64,000 nucleotides of DNA, from the NCBI GenBank assembly GCA_019116885.1, contig DXAU01000070.1:2245-66244 (forward strand), in the 5' to 3' direction. Numbering within the stretch: position 1 is the first letter of the stretch; each line of letters opens with the position of its first letter. The notes under the pieces were generated by a model. That model searched no databases. It was not told where the DNA came from and saw nothing but the letters and a program-made list of their open reading frames with translations. Shown here in pieces: positions 38,571 to 48,418 of this stretch. Made by a program: the position numbers and the translations under genes. The DNA is from Candidatus Mediterraneibacter pullistercoris (GTDB lineage Bacteria > Bacillota > Clostridia > Lachnospirales > Lachnospiraceae).

Positions 38571-39341
38571 ATGTATAAGGTAGACTTAAACAGTGATCTT
38601 GGAGAGAGCTTCGGACGTTACACCCTGGGAATGGATGAGAAGATCATCCCTCTTATCTCGTCAGCGAATATCGCCTGTGGATTCCACGCATCAGATCCTG
38701 TCGTAATGACAAAGTCTGTCAGCCGGACAAAGTCTGCGGGCATCCGTATCGGAGCGCATCCGGGATTCCCGGATCTGATGGGATTCGGCCGGAGAAACAT
38801 GGCGGTATCTCCAGAAGAGGCGAAAGCCTATACACTGTACCAGATAAGCGCACTTGGCGGGATGTGCAAAGCGCAGGGAATGAAACTGCAGCATGTGAAG
38901 CCCCACGGAGCGCTGTACAACATGGCGGCGAAAGACTATGAACTTTCTCTTGCCATCTGCGAAGCTGTCAGAGAGTATGATCCGGATCTCATCGTCATGG
39001 GGCTTTCCGGAAGCGAGACGATCCGTGCGGCGAAGGACTTAGGTTTAAAATCCGCCAGCGAAGTATTTGCGGACCGCGGATATGAAGAGGACGGAAGTCT
39101 GGTAAACCGCAGGAAAGAAGGGGCTTTCATCCGCGATGAAGAGGAAGCGATCGCCCGTGTGGTACGCATGGTAAAAGAGGGAAAAGTGACTGCAGTCACA
39201 GGCAAAGACATCGAAATCCAGGCGGATTCTGTGTGTGTACACGGAGATGGCGAGAAAGCACTTCTGTTTGTGGAAAAGATCCGCAGCAGACTGGCGGAGG
39301 AGGACATACAGATCTGTCCTCTGAGTGAAATATGCATATAA
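38571..39341 (+). CDS. pxpA: 5-oxoprolinase subunit A (LamB/YcsF family)
   Basis: [33 protein letters not shown] motifs. Confidence 0.88.
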   Translation: MYKVDLNSDLGESFGRYTLGMDEKIIPLISSANIACGFHASDPVVMTKSVSRTKSAGIRIGAHPGFPDLMGFGRRNMAVSPEEAKAYTLYQISALGGMCKAQGMKLQHVKPHGALYNMAAKDYELSLAICEAVREYDPDLIVMGLSGSETIRAAKDLGLKSASEVFADRGYEEDGSLVNRRKEGAFIRDEEEAIARVVRMVKEGKVTAVTGKDIEIQADSVCVHGDGEKALLFVEKIRSRLAEEDIQICPLSEICI

Positions 39342-39349
39342 GATAAAAA

Positions 39350-39388
39350 CTGGCAGTGGTCAGATTTTTGACCGCTGCCAGTTCTTTT
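39350..39388 (+). terminator. rho-independent terminator after pxpA
   Basis: 13-bp stem ctggcagtggtca / tgaccgctgccag (one G-U pair) followed by ttctttt. Confidence 0.7.
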
Positions 39389-39399
39389 AGGAGGACAGG

Positions 39400-40170
39400 A
39401 TGGCAAATGTATTAAAGATCGGAGAGATGACGCTCGGAGCGGGAAAGCCGAAGATCTGCATCCCGATCACAGGAAAAAGCGGGGCGGAGCTAAGAGAAGA
39501 AATAGCGGCTGTAAAGGAGGTATCCTGTGATATCGTAGAATGGCGGGTGGATCATTTCCAGGAGATTGACGATACGGAGAAAGTAAAAGAGATGCTCGGG
39601 GAATTAAAAACCCTTCTGGGCGGGATCCCGCTTTTGTTCACCTGCCGGACAAAGAAAGAGGGCGGGAATCAAGAGATATCCGCAGAAGACTATGTGAAGC
39701 TGTACCGGGAAGTGATCGGCACAGGAGACGCAGAACTTGTGGATGTAGAGATGATGATGGGGGAAGAAGTGTGCAGCTCCCTGATTCAGTGTGCGCATGA
39801 TAATCAAGTTTCTGTCGTGATGTCAAACCATGACTTTGAAAGGACTCCGGACAAGGAGACTCTGATCGCACGTTTCCGGTCTATGCAGGAGCAGGGGGCG
39901 GACGTGCCGAAGATCGCAGTTATGCCGCACAGCCCGGGAGATGTGCTTACACTTCTTTCCGCCACGTATGAATTTACTGAAAAATATGCAGACAGACCTG
40001 TCATCTCCATGTCTATGGGATGGCTTGGAAGTATCAGCAGGATTGCGGGAGAGTTCTTCGGTTCCGCGCTGACTTTTGCTGCGGCTAAGCATGCGTCTGC
40101 ACCGGGACAGCTCTCGGTAAACGACATGGATCATATTCTGAAAGTGCTGCACAATACAGACAATGGATAA
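39400..40170 (+). CDS. aroD: type I 3-dehydroquinate dehydratase
   Basis: KICIPITG...DIVEWRVDHF, VVMSNHDFERTP, the catalytic-Lys region PKIAVMP, and ISMSMGWLG. Confidence 0.9.
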   Translation: MANVLKIGEMTLGAGKPKICIPITGKSGAELREEIAAVKEVSCDIVEWRVDHFQEIDDTEKVKEMLGELKTLLGGIPLLFTCRTKKEGGNQEISAEDYVKLYREVIGTGDAELVDVEMMMGEEVCSSLIQCAHDNQVSVVMSNHDFERTPDKETLIARFRSMQEQGADVPKIAVMPHSPGDVLTLLSATYEFTEKYADRPVISMSMGWLGSISRIAGEFFGSALTFAAAKHASAPGQLSVNDMDHILKVLHNTDNG

Positions 40171-40264
40171 CCAGTAATTCTGTATGGACATCCACAGGGC
40201 ATCGATGCTACAATATGTCAGAAAGGGTGATTTTTTGGGGAAGAATAATGACAAGACAAATGTC

Positions 40265-40714
40265 ATGCGCATCCTGGATCAGAAAAAAATACCGTATATC
40301 AGCCATGAATATCTGAGTACCGGAGCTGTGTCCGGACCAGAGGTGGCACGTGCGCTGGGAGAGGACCCGCGCATCGTGTTTAAGACGCTCGTTACGGTCG
40401 GGAAGACTGGTACGAACTACGTTTTTGTCGTTCCGGTCGAAAAGGAACTGAATCTGAAGAAAGCGGCGCAGGCATCAGGGGAGAAGAGCATTGCCATGAT
40501 CCCGCAGAAAGAGCTCCTGCCCCTGACCGGATATGTCCATGGAGGGTGTTCTCCGATCGGCATGAAGAAACCGTTTGCAGTCACGATCGATGAGAGCGCG
40601 GCGCGGCATGACCGGATCATTTTCAGTGCGGGAAAGATCGGTTATCAGGTAGAAGTGGCGCTCGCAGATCTTGGGAGAGTAGTGGACTTTAAGCTGGCAG
40701 ATATTGCAGAGTGA
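40265..40714 (+). CDS. ybaK: Cys-tRNA(Pro)/Cys-tRNA(Cys) deacylase
   Basis: LDQKKIPY..HEY, FKTLV, TGYVHGGCSPIG motifs; start uncertain (40205 or a TTG near 40235 are possible). Confidence 0.8.
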   Translation: MRILDQKKIPYISHEYLSTGAVSGPEVARALGEDPRIVFKTLVTVGKTGTNYVFVVPVEKELNLKKAAQASGEKSIAMIPQKELLPLTGYVHGGCSPIGMKKPFAVTIDESAARHDRIIFSAGKIGYQVEVALADLGRVVDFKLADIAE

Positions 40715-40770
40715 AGATGCTGCAGTACTGTCGGCTTCATTTACCTATACGGAAAGGAGAGTATGATACG

Positions 40771-41703
40771 ATGCTGCGCTATACATGGAAACGGATACTG
40801 ACAGGCATTATCTCACTTTTTGTACTTGTGACAGTAACGTTCTTTCTTGTCCGTATCATTCCCGGGAGTCCGTTCCAGCGGGGCGGAGTGTCCGGACAGG
40901 TAGTTGAGGCTATTGAACAGGAATATGGGCTGGATGAACCTCTTCTGGCGCAGTATATTCACTATATTCGGAATATACTGGGTGGAGACCTCGGGATATC
41001 CTACCAGGACCCTGCCGCGAATGTGGCGGACGTTATAGCAAGAGCCTGGCCGGTCACGGCATCTGTAGGCATCACGGCTCTGGCTGTCTCCATCATTGCC
41101 GGGACAGCCGCAGGGATTCTCAGATCCGTATCCAGGCGCCGTCCTGTGAGGGAATTTATTTCAGCAGCGGGCATGATGTCGGCAGGGATCCCAAGTTTTG
41201 CAGCAGCGGTTCTCCTGCTCCTTGTATTCAGCGTGAAGCTGAAGTGGCTTCCCGCATCAGGACTTCTGACTCCTGCCCACTATATCCTCCCGGTGACGGC
41301 TCTTTCTCTCTATCCTGCGGCGATGGTGTCAAGGCTGGTGGGAAATACGCTTGATGCAGAGCTTAAGAAAGACTATGTGGTCTTTGCAAGAGCAAAAGGG
41401 CTGGGAGAAAAACGGATCATATTTACCCACGCTCTTAAGAACGCGTATCTCCCGGTACTCAACTACATAGGGCCGGCTTCCGCTTCGCTGCTCACGGGAA
41501 GTTTTGTTATAGAGAGCATCTTTACCATACCCGGCCTCGGACGGGAGTTTGTAGGTTCGATAACAAACCGCGATTACACACTGATTCTGGGGCTTACTGT
41601 ATTTATGGGCGCAGTCGTGATCCTTGTCAATCTTGTCACCGATCTTCTGTGCGCATGGCTCGACCCGCGGACGCGCAGGGCATATCGTGGGGAGGGCGCA
41701 TGA
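40771..41703 (+). CDS. Opp/Dpp/Nik-type ABC permease (OppB-like)
   Basis: Characteristic start MLRYTWKRILTGIISLFVLVTVTFFL and EAA-loop region; AAAGGAGAG RBS. Confidence 0.85.
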   Translation: MLRYTWKRILTGIISLFVLVTVTFFLVRIIPGSPFQRGGVSGQVVEAIEQEYGLDEPLLAQYIHYIRNILGGDLGISYQDPAANVADVIARAWPVTASVGITALAVSIIAGTAAGILRSVSRRRPVREFISAAGMMSAGIPSFAAAVLLLLVFSVKLKWLPASGLLTPAHYILPVTALSLYPAAMVSRLVGNTLDAELKKDYVVFARAKGLGEKRIIFTHALKNAYLPVLNYIGPASASLLTGSFVIESIFTIPGLGREFVGSITNRDYTLILGLTVFMGAVVILVNLVTDLLCAWLDPRTRRAYRGEGA

Positions 41704-42569
41704 TGATGGATAAAATCAAACAGAAGATCAGACATCAGTGGAAGGACCGCACAGGCGGCAGCCGCATGGCGCTTATCGGGTGTATCATACTCGGGATATG
41801 GATACTGCTCTCCGTGGCAGTACCGCTGTTCAGTCCATGGCCGTTCTCCGGACAGGATGCCGGGATGCGCAACCAGGGCCCTTCCCTGCTTCACTGGTTC
41901 GGGACAGACCGTTTCGGGCGTGATCTGTTCACCCGGGTATGGTACGGGGCAGGGATCAGCCTGACAGTAGGCATGGCCAGCGCGGTAATGAACAGTCTTA
42001 TCGGTGTGTTTTACGGCGCGGTGTCAGGCTATGCAGGGAGACGTGCTGATATGGTATTCATGCGGATAGCCGATATCATCTCGGCCATCCCGTCCATGCT
42101 GTATGTCATCCTCCTTACACTTGTTATGGGAGCAGGGATTGGCAGCATTATACTAGGGCTGTGCATCGCAGGATGGATCAGCATGGCGCGTATTGTCAGG
42201 GGCGAGATCATAAAGCTCAAAGAGACAGAGTATGCCTACGCGGCGCGTATGGAAGGAATAAGGCCGCTGCGCATCCTCTTGAAACATCTTCTGCCGAACA
42301 CAGCGGGAACGATCGCAGTCAATACCATATTCCTCGTACCCCAGGCCATATTTACCGAGGCTTTCCTAAGTTTCCTCGGGGTGGGGATCGCCGCGCCGGC
42401 GGCCAGTCTGGGAACGATCATACAGGAGGCCAGAAGCCAGATGATCCTGTATCCGTACCAGATGATCTGCCCGCTCATTGTCCTTTGCGTGATGCTTCTC
42501 GCCCTCAATATGGTTGGGACAGCAGTGGAGATAAGAGTTGGCGGCAGGAAAGGGAGCAGGGCTGTATGA
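41700..42569 (+). CDS. Opp/Dpp/Nik-type ABC permease (OppC-like)
   Basis: LGTDRFGRDLFTRVWYG motif; start overlaps the previous stop. Confidence 0.85.
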   Translation: MMMDKIKQKIRHQWKDRTGGSRMALIGCIILGIWILLSVAVPLFSPWPFSGQDAGMRNQGPSLLHWFGTDRFGRDLFTRVWYGAGISLTVGMASAVMNSLIGVFYGAVSGYAGRRADMVFMRIADIISAIPSMLYVILLTLVMGAGIGSIILGLCIAGWISMARIVRGEIIKLKETEYAYAARMEGIRPLRILLKHLLPNTAGTIAVNTIFLVPQAIFTEAFLSFLGVGIAAPAASLGTIIQEARSQMILYPYQMICPLIVLCVMLLALNMVGTAVEIRVGGRKGSRAV

Positions 42570-44347
42570 GCGTATTGGAAGTGAACAATCTAAGCGTGAG
42601 TTATCCGGCAGAGAGCGGCGCTTCAGAAATTGTAAAAAATATCAGTATCAAAGTGGAAAGCGGAGAGATCGTCGGCCTGGTAGGTGAGTCCGGTTCGGGA
42701 AAGAGCACCGCCATGCTTGCAGTGATGGGACTTGCGGGGGACGGCGCTTATGTTCAGTATGACAAGATTACAGTCGGCGGGAAGGCTCCGGTTCCCGGAA
42801 AAAATGTGGCGATGATCTTTCAGGATTCCCTGAGCTGTCTGAATCCTTCTGTGAAGATTGGAAGGCAGATCAGAGAGACTGTGAGGGCGCGCAGGCGGTG
42901 CAGCCGAAAAGAAGCTGTCGCGCGTTCGGAAGAGCTGCTTGATCTTGTAGGGATACGGAATCCTTCGCTCAGGATGCGTCAGTATCCATTTGAACTCTCC
43001 GGCGGCATGCGCCAGAGAGTCGTTCTTGCCATTGCCCTGGCCTGCGAACCGGAACTCATCATAGCAGATGAGCCGACGACAGCCCTGGATGCGCTTGTGC
43101 AGGCACAGATCCTGCTGCTGCTGAGAAGAATTGTCCGTGAGACGAAGACATCCTTGATCCTTGTCAGTCACGATATGAGTGTGACGGCATCCATGTGCAG
43201 CAGATTGTATGTGATGCACGGGGGACGGATCGAGGAAAGCGGAACAGCGGAAGAGATCTTCTACTCTCCTGTCAGAGAATATACGAAGCAGCTCCTGAAA
43301 GACGCGAAAGGCGGAAACTTTCACAGAAAAAGGCGCACAGGCAGGGCGGACTGCCGGGAATTGCCCGGGGAAGATGTGCTTCTTAAGATGGAAACGATGA
43401 CAAAAGTATTCAGCGAGGGCGAGGGAATCCGCGGCTTTTCTCTGGAGATACGAAGAAAAGAGATACTGGCGCTTGTAGGTGAGAGCGGGAGCGGCAAGAC
43501 GACTGCAGCACGAATACTGACAGGGATGCTCAAAGAGGATGAAGGCACTCTGTATTATCACGGACATGCGATGGACCGGAGACGGCGCATGGCGTCACTG
43601 GCAGGGAGGGTACAGATGGTCTTCCAGGATCCTTATGCATCGCTGAATCCGTGTCTTACTGTGCGGGAGACGCTGACAGAGGCGCTTGCCGCTGTACAGA
43701 GGAACAGAGAGATGCAGGATACACTGCCGGAGAAGATTGACAAGATGCTTGAACTGACAGGCATCTCACAGGATGAAGCAGACCGTTATCCCCGGGAACT
43801 CTCCGGCGGGCAGCGCCAGCGCATAGGAATCGCCAGGGCGCTGATTGTGGAACCAGAGCTTATCGTGTGCGATGAAGCGCTCTCATCGCTTGATGCCACG
43901 ACCCGGGAGCAGATACTGGAGCTTATCTTCCGGCTGCAGAGAAAGATAGGGTTCGCCTGTCTGTTTATCTCGCACGACATGCATATCGTGCGCAGAATCA
44001 GTGACCGTATCGGAGTCATGTACGGCGGACGTATCGTGGAGACAGGCCCGACGGAGCAGATCTGTTCCGATCCGTGGCACCCTTATACGAAACAGCTTAT
44101 CGAGGCTGTGCCGGAGCCTGATCCTGTCAGAGCAGCCAGGATAAAGGCGGTTCCGGCAAAGGACGGCACAGGCGTATGCACGACCGGATGTCCGCTGGCA
44201 GGCCGGTGCGGCTATGCACTTGAGTGCTGCGGCAGAGAAGTGCCCGGAAGATATTCGTTTGACAGACGTGAAATATCCTGTTTCCTGTATTCAGGGAAAC
44301 ATGGAGGCAGGAGAAGCAGTGACTACAGGATGACTTCACAGATATAG
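42566..44347 (+). CDS. fused OppD-OppF-type ABC ATPase (two NBDs)
   Basis: Two Walker A sites ([18 protein letters not shown]), two signatures ([18 protein letters not shown]); C-terminal Cys-rich oligopeptide-ATPase tail; ATGA overlap with the permease. Confidence 0.85.
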   Translation: MSVLEVNNLSVSYPAESGASEIVKNISIKVESGEIVGLVGESGSGKSTAMLAVMGLAGDGAYVQYDKITVGGKAPVPGKNVAMIFQDSLSCLNPSVKIGRQIRETVRARRRCSRKEAVARSEELLDLVGIRNPSLRMRQYPFELSGGMRQRVVLAIALACEPELIIADEPTTALDALVQAQILLLLRRIVRETKTSLILVSHDMSVTASMCSRLYVMHGGRIEESGTAEEIFYSPVREYTKQLLKDAKGGNFHRKRRTGRADCRELPGEDVLLKMETMTKVFSEGEGIRGFSLEIRRKEILALVGESGSGKTTAARILTGMLKEDEGTLYYHGHAMDRRRRMASLAGRVQMVFQDPYASLNPCLTVRETLTEALAAVQRNREMQDTLPEKIDKMLELTGISQDEADRYPRELSGGQRQRIGIARALIVEPELIVCDEALSSLDATTREQILELIFRLQRKIGFACLFISHDMHIVRRISDRIGVMYGGRIVETGPTEQICSDPWHPYTKQLIEAVPEPDPVRAARIKAVPAKDGTGVCTTGCPLAGRCGYALECCGREVPGRYSFDRREISCFLYSGKHGGRRSSDYRMTSQI

Positions 44348-44418
44348 GAACGGGACGCCTGCATGTAAGAAAAATGAGAGAGAAACAGCAGCGACAGATT
44401 ATAGCAAGGAGATACTAC

Positions 44419-46035
44419 ATGAAGAAAAGAATAACAGCAGCAATACTTACACTTACACTGACACTGCTCTGTACAGGAGGTTTGTCCGGCTGTGTCACGG
44501 CTGACCCGGCAGCGGATGCGCAGGGAAAAAACATTACTGTGGCAATCAGCAGTGATACGGGAACGATGGATCCCGCCGGTTCTATCGCTCTGACATATCT
44601 GGCATATTCGGTGAGCGCTCTGGATGAACTGCTCACTTATGATGAGAATGGAGAGATCGAGTACCGGGCGGCAGAAAGCTACGAGGTAAATGATGATTCT
44701 ACTGTCTGGACATTCCATCTCAGGGAAGACGCTCTCTGGTCAGACGGCTCTCCTGTGACGTCTTCAGATTTCATGAATACGATCAGACGGGCGCTTGATC
44801 CTGCTTCCGGAAGCGGGTATGCGAACTACCTGTTCCCGATAGAAAATGCAGAAGCCATATACAACGGAGAGGCAGATATGGAGACGCTGGGAGTCGAGAC
44901 GCCCGATGACCATACGCTGGTCTTTAGCCTGACGGAACCGTGTGTCTATTTTCTTGATCTGCTCCGGCTTCCCGTATATACGCCTTCCTCTTCACAATAT
45001 GCGGATTCTGTGGACAGCGGATGGGACAAAGATCCATCCACGAGCCTGTCAAACGGACCGTTTTATCTTGCTGAGTATGTTCCGGAGCAGTATTTTGTCT
45101 TACAGAAAAATGACCATTACTGGAACGCAGACGCGGTAAACCTGGACAGCATCACCTATCGGTTCTTTGACGATACCCAGTCTATGGCAAATGCATATGA
45201 AGCGGGGGAGGTGGATGTGGCAACGTCCCTTTCATCTACAGTTATGGAGGCGTATGAAGGGAGTGAAGATCTGTATGTCACGGACCAGATCGCCACGAGA
45301 TACATTTATATGAATCTGAATGTTGAGCCTCTGAACGATGTACGCGTCAGGGAGGCGGTCAATCTGGCCATTAACCGGGAGGAACTCTGCCAGATCGTGG
45401 GAAATGACACGGAGCCGACCTATAATCTGGTTGCAAAGTATATGAAAAACAAGGCTACAGGGGAGTACTTTGTTGATGAGGCCGGGCAGCCTTTCGAGGA
45501 GGATGTGGCAAGAGCGCAGGAACTTCTGGCGGAGGCGGGATATCCGAACGGCGAGGGATTCCCTGAACTCACCTATAATTATCCGACGCTGGAGATGGAT
45601 TCCGACACTGCTCAGGTAATCCAGGAACAGTTGAAAGAGAATCTGAATATTACAATCAATCTGGAAGCGCAGGAACTTCAGGCAAACTATTCCACGCGTT
45701 ATTCAGGAGAATTTGATTTGTGCAGGATGAACTGGACGGCGGATTTTGCAGATCCTTACACGTATCTGTCCATGCTTCTGTCCAACAGCACATACAACTG
45801 CAGTGGGATAAACGACCCGGAGTATGACGCTCTCGTGGGTGCGTCCAATTCTGAGTCAGATCCCGGGAAACGTTCGGAGCTGCTTCATCAGGCCGAGCAG
45901 CTTGCGGTAGGGGAGCAGTTTTATATTATTCCGCTGTTCGCAATGAAGAGCGTGAATCTTGTCAACCCGGATATCACCGGAATCCGGCAGATTCCTGCAA
46001 GCGGAGCGCTGGAGTACCGGTATGCGGATATCTGA
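44419..46035 (+). CDS. family 5 (OppA/DppA/NikA-like) substrate-binding lipoprotein
   Basis: Lipobox GLSGC, large family-5 SBP; AAGGAGA RBS. Confidence 0.85.
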   Translation: MKKRITAAILTLTLTLLCTGGLSGCVTADPAADAQGKNITVAISSDTGTMDPAGSIALTYLAYSVSALDELLTYDENGEIEYRAAESYEVNDDSTVWTFHLREDALWSDGSPVTSSDFMNTIRRALDPASGSGYANYLFPIENAEAIYNGEADMETLGVETPDDHTLVFSLTEPCVYFLDLLRLPVYTPSSSQYADSVDSGWDKDPSTSLSNGPFYLAEYVPEQYFVLQKNDHYWNADAVNLDSITYRFFDDTQSMANAYEAGEVDVATSLSSTVMEAYEGSEDLYVTDQIATRYIYMNLNVEPLNDVRVREAVNLAINREELCQIVGNDTEPTYNLVAKYMKNKATGEYFVDEAGQPFEEDVARAQELLAEAGYPNGEGFPELTYNYPTLEMDSDTAQVIQEQLKENLNITINLEAQELQANYSTRYSGEFDLCRMNWTADFADPYTYLSMLLSNSTYNCSGINDPEYDALVGASNSESDPGKRSELLHQAEQLAVGEQFYIIPLFAMKSVNLVNPDITGIRQIPASGALEYRYADI

Positions 46036-46058
46036 ATAATGACAGAGAGGAATATGTC

Positions 46059-47114
46059 ATGATGGAACTTGTGATCGGGGGCAGCGGCAGCGGCAAATCC
46101 GCATATGCAGAGGAAGCCGTCTGCCGGGAACACAGACAATTATTCAAAAGTATGAGAGATGCTCCGCCTCTTTATTATATTGCAGATATGATCCCCCGCG
46201 GGCCGGAGACAGAGCGGAAGATTGAGGAACACCGCAGGATGCGTGAGGGGAAAGGATTTACGACTCTTGAATGGTATCTTAATCTCCCGGGGAAGCTGTC
46301 AAACATGAATGTGCCCGCGATGGCGGATGCTGCTGTCCTTTTTGAGTGTATCTCCAATCTGACGGCAAATGAGATGTACGAGCCGGGCGGTGCCGGAGAA
46401 GGCGCTGCGGAAAGTATTATACAGGGTGTGCATATGCTCAGAGACAGATGCGCGCATCTTGTCGTGGTGACAAACGATGTGTTTCGGGAATCCATTCCGG
46501 ACACAGAAGAAATGCATCTCTATAAGAAGAACCTCGGAAGAATCAACCGTGAGCTGGCAGAACTGGCGGACAAAGTCACAGAAGTGGTGTGCGGTATCCC
46601 GGTCAGCGTGAAGTCCGGGAGCCGGACTTTCGGACCGGGGGGAGCCGCAGGAACAGGAAACAGGGAGACGCAGACGCTGTTTCAGCAGAAGGAGCAAGGT
46701 ATGGAACAGAAAGCAGAAAGAGGAAATCTCATATTTGTGACAGGCGGGGCTTATCAGGGGAAATCTGACTATGCGGCACAGCTCCTGGCAAAGATACCGG
46801 GAGTATCAGAAATGTCAGATGGAGCTGTCTGCCCCCTGGAGATGACCGAGAGCTGCGGCGCAGTGGATCATTTTCATCTCTTTGTTCGCCGCTGGCTGCA
46901 GGCGGGAAAAGGACTGCAGGAACTCATCCGTTCGACGCTGGACAAAAGCAGGGATCTTCTTATCGTGTGCGATGAGATCGGATGCGGATTGGTGCCTGTG
47001 GATGCTTTCGAGAGAGAATACAGGGAGGCTGTAGGACGCGTATGCACAGAGCTTGCCAGATATGCGGACGAAGTATACCGCGTGACCTGCGGCATCGCTG
47101 TGAGACTTAGATGA
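46059..47114 (+). CDS. cobU: adenosylcobinamide kinase / adenosylcobinamide-phosphate guanylyltransferase, tandem CobU-CobU-like fusion
   Basis: First half has GGSGSGKS, LYYIA, EEHRRMRE, VVVTNDV. Second half has GGAYQGKS and IVCDEIGCGLVPVDAFEREYREAVGRV. At 351 aa it is about twice the usual length. Confidence 0.8.
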   Translation: MMELVIGGSGSGKSAYAEEAVCREHRQLFKSMRDAPPLYYIADMIPRGPETERKIEEHRRMREGKGFTTLEWYLNLPGKLSNMNVPAMADAAVLFECISNLTANEMYEPGGAGEGAAESIIQGVHMLRDRCAHLVVVTNDVFRESIPDTEEMHLYKKNLGRINRELAELADKVTEVVCGIPVSVKSGSRTFGPGGAAGTGNRETQTLFQQKEQGMEQKAERGNLIFVTGGAYQGKSDYAAQLLAKIPGVSEMSDGAVCPLEMTESCGAVDHFHLFVRRWLQAGKGLQELIRSTLDKSRDLLIVCDEIGCGLVPVDAFEREYREAVGRVCTELARYADEVYRVTCGIAVRLR

Positions 47115-47132
47115 CAGGAGGAGAAGAAAGAT

Positions 47133-47768
47133 ATGCTGAATGAACTTGAACAGGTGCTGCCCGCTGACATAGAGAAGCGGAGCTTTGAGATAATATCAGA
47201 AGAGCTGGGAGACAAAACGCTTATACCGGGAACGGAACCGATTGTCAAGCGCTGTATCCACACAAGCGCGGATTTTGATTATGCAGACAATCTCGTGTTT
47301 TCCGACGGAGTGGTTGAGCGTGCCCTTGCAGCGCTCAGAGAAGGAGCATGTATTGTGACGGATACCCAGATGGCAAAAGCCGGGATCAACAAGAAACGGC
47401 TGGGACAGTACGGCGGGGAAGTTTACTGTTTTATGTCTGATGAAGACGTGGCACAGGCGGCAAAGGAGAACGGGACGACCCGGGCGGCGGCCTGTATGGA
47501 TAAGGCCGCAGACCTGCACGGAAAAGAGAAACTGATCTTTGCTGTTGGAAATGCCCCCACTGCTCTGGTTCGTCTCTGGGAGCTGATCGGCGGGGGAAAA
47601 CTGAAACCGGAGCTGATTATTGCGGCGCCGGTTGGCTTTGTCAATGTCGTGCAGTCAAAAGAGCTCATCCTGACGCTGGCAGATATTCCTTATATTGTGG
47701 CAAGAGGGAGAAAGGGCGGGAGCAATATCGCGGCGTGCATCTGCAATTCTCTCCTTTATATGATTTGA
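47133..47768 (+). CDS. cbiC: precorrin-8X / cobalt-precorrin-8 methylmutase
   Basis: IEKRSFEII, RCIHTSADFDY, GNAPTAL and RGRKGGSNIA motifs. Confidence 0.9.
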   Translation: MLNELEQVLPADIEKRSFEIISEELGDKTLIPGTEPIVKRCIHTSADFDYADNLVFSDGVVERALAALREGACIVTDTQMAKAGINKKRLGQYGGEVYCFMSDEDVAQAAKENGTTRAAACMDKAADLHGKEKLIFAVGNAPTALVRLWELIGGGKLKPELIIAAPVGFVNVVQSKELILTLADIPYIVARGRKGGSNIAACICNSLLYMI

Positions 47769-47772
47769 TTTC

Positions 47773-48255
47773 ATGAGGTGGCTTAGGATGGAAAGACCAT
47801 ATTTTCCGATGTTTGTCAATCTGGCAGAGAAGAAGATATTAGTCGTGGGCGGAGGAAATGTCGCTTTGCGCCGCATCATGACGCTGCTTAAGTTCGGGGC
47901 GGACATCCATGTGATTGCACCGGAGATCTGCGAAGAGCTGGCATGTCTGGCGGAAGAAGGAGAGCTGAGCGTGGAGCTCAGAAAATACCAGCCCGGCGAT
48001 ATCAGAGGGGCACAGATCGTCCTTGCGGCTTCGGATGACCGCGATACGAATCACAGGATATGGGAAGAGTGCAGAGCGGCTGGCATAACTGTCAATGTGG
48101 CGGATGACAGGAGCCTCTGCGACTTTTACTTTCCGTCGGTGGTCATGACGGATGACGCAGTGATCGGGATCAACTGCGGCGGCATGGATCATGCGAAAGT
48201 AAAAGAGACCCGGATAAAGATCGAGGAAATGCTACAGACTGGCAAAACGGTATAA
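47773..48255 (+). CDS. sirC: precorrin-2 dehydrogenase / sirohydrochlorin ferrochelatase (CysG N-terminal type)
   Basis: FPMFVNLAEKKILVVGGGNVALRR Rossmann start typical of SirC/Met8/CysG-N. Confidence 0.8.
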   Translation: MRWLRMERPYFPMFVNLAEKKILVVGGGNVALRRIMTLLKFGADIHVIAPEICEELACLAEEGELSVELRKYQPGDIRGAQIVLAASDDRDTNHRIWEECRAAGITVNVADDRSLCDFYFPSVVMTDDAVIGINCGGMDHAKVKETRIKIEEMLQTGKTV

Positions 48256-48279
48256 ATCGGAACGGACAGAAACTTATGA

Positions 48280-48308
48280 TTGCCAAAACTTTATATTTTG
48301 TTTATAAT
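48280..48308 (+). promoter_or_regulatory. candidate promoter of putP
   Basis: TTGCCA, 17 nt, TATAAT. Confidence 0.5.
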
Positions 48309-48418
48309 TAGTTCCATATCGTGTCATAGACGGCTTTATGTAAAAGCTGGCGTACAAAAGAGGCACAGGTAAAAAGATGCCGGAGTTCTGGCGTCGGATG
48401 CAGAAAGGAACATATGGA

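Noticed and set aside
42161-42565. 135-codon N-terminal extension of the ABC ATPase ORF (728-aa version)
   Set aside because: It lies entirely within the OppC-like permease gene in another frame and has an Arg/Gly/His-rich nonsense composition. The ATG at 42566 gives the canonical [16 protein letters not shown] start with an ATGA overlap.
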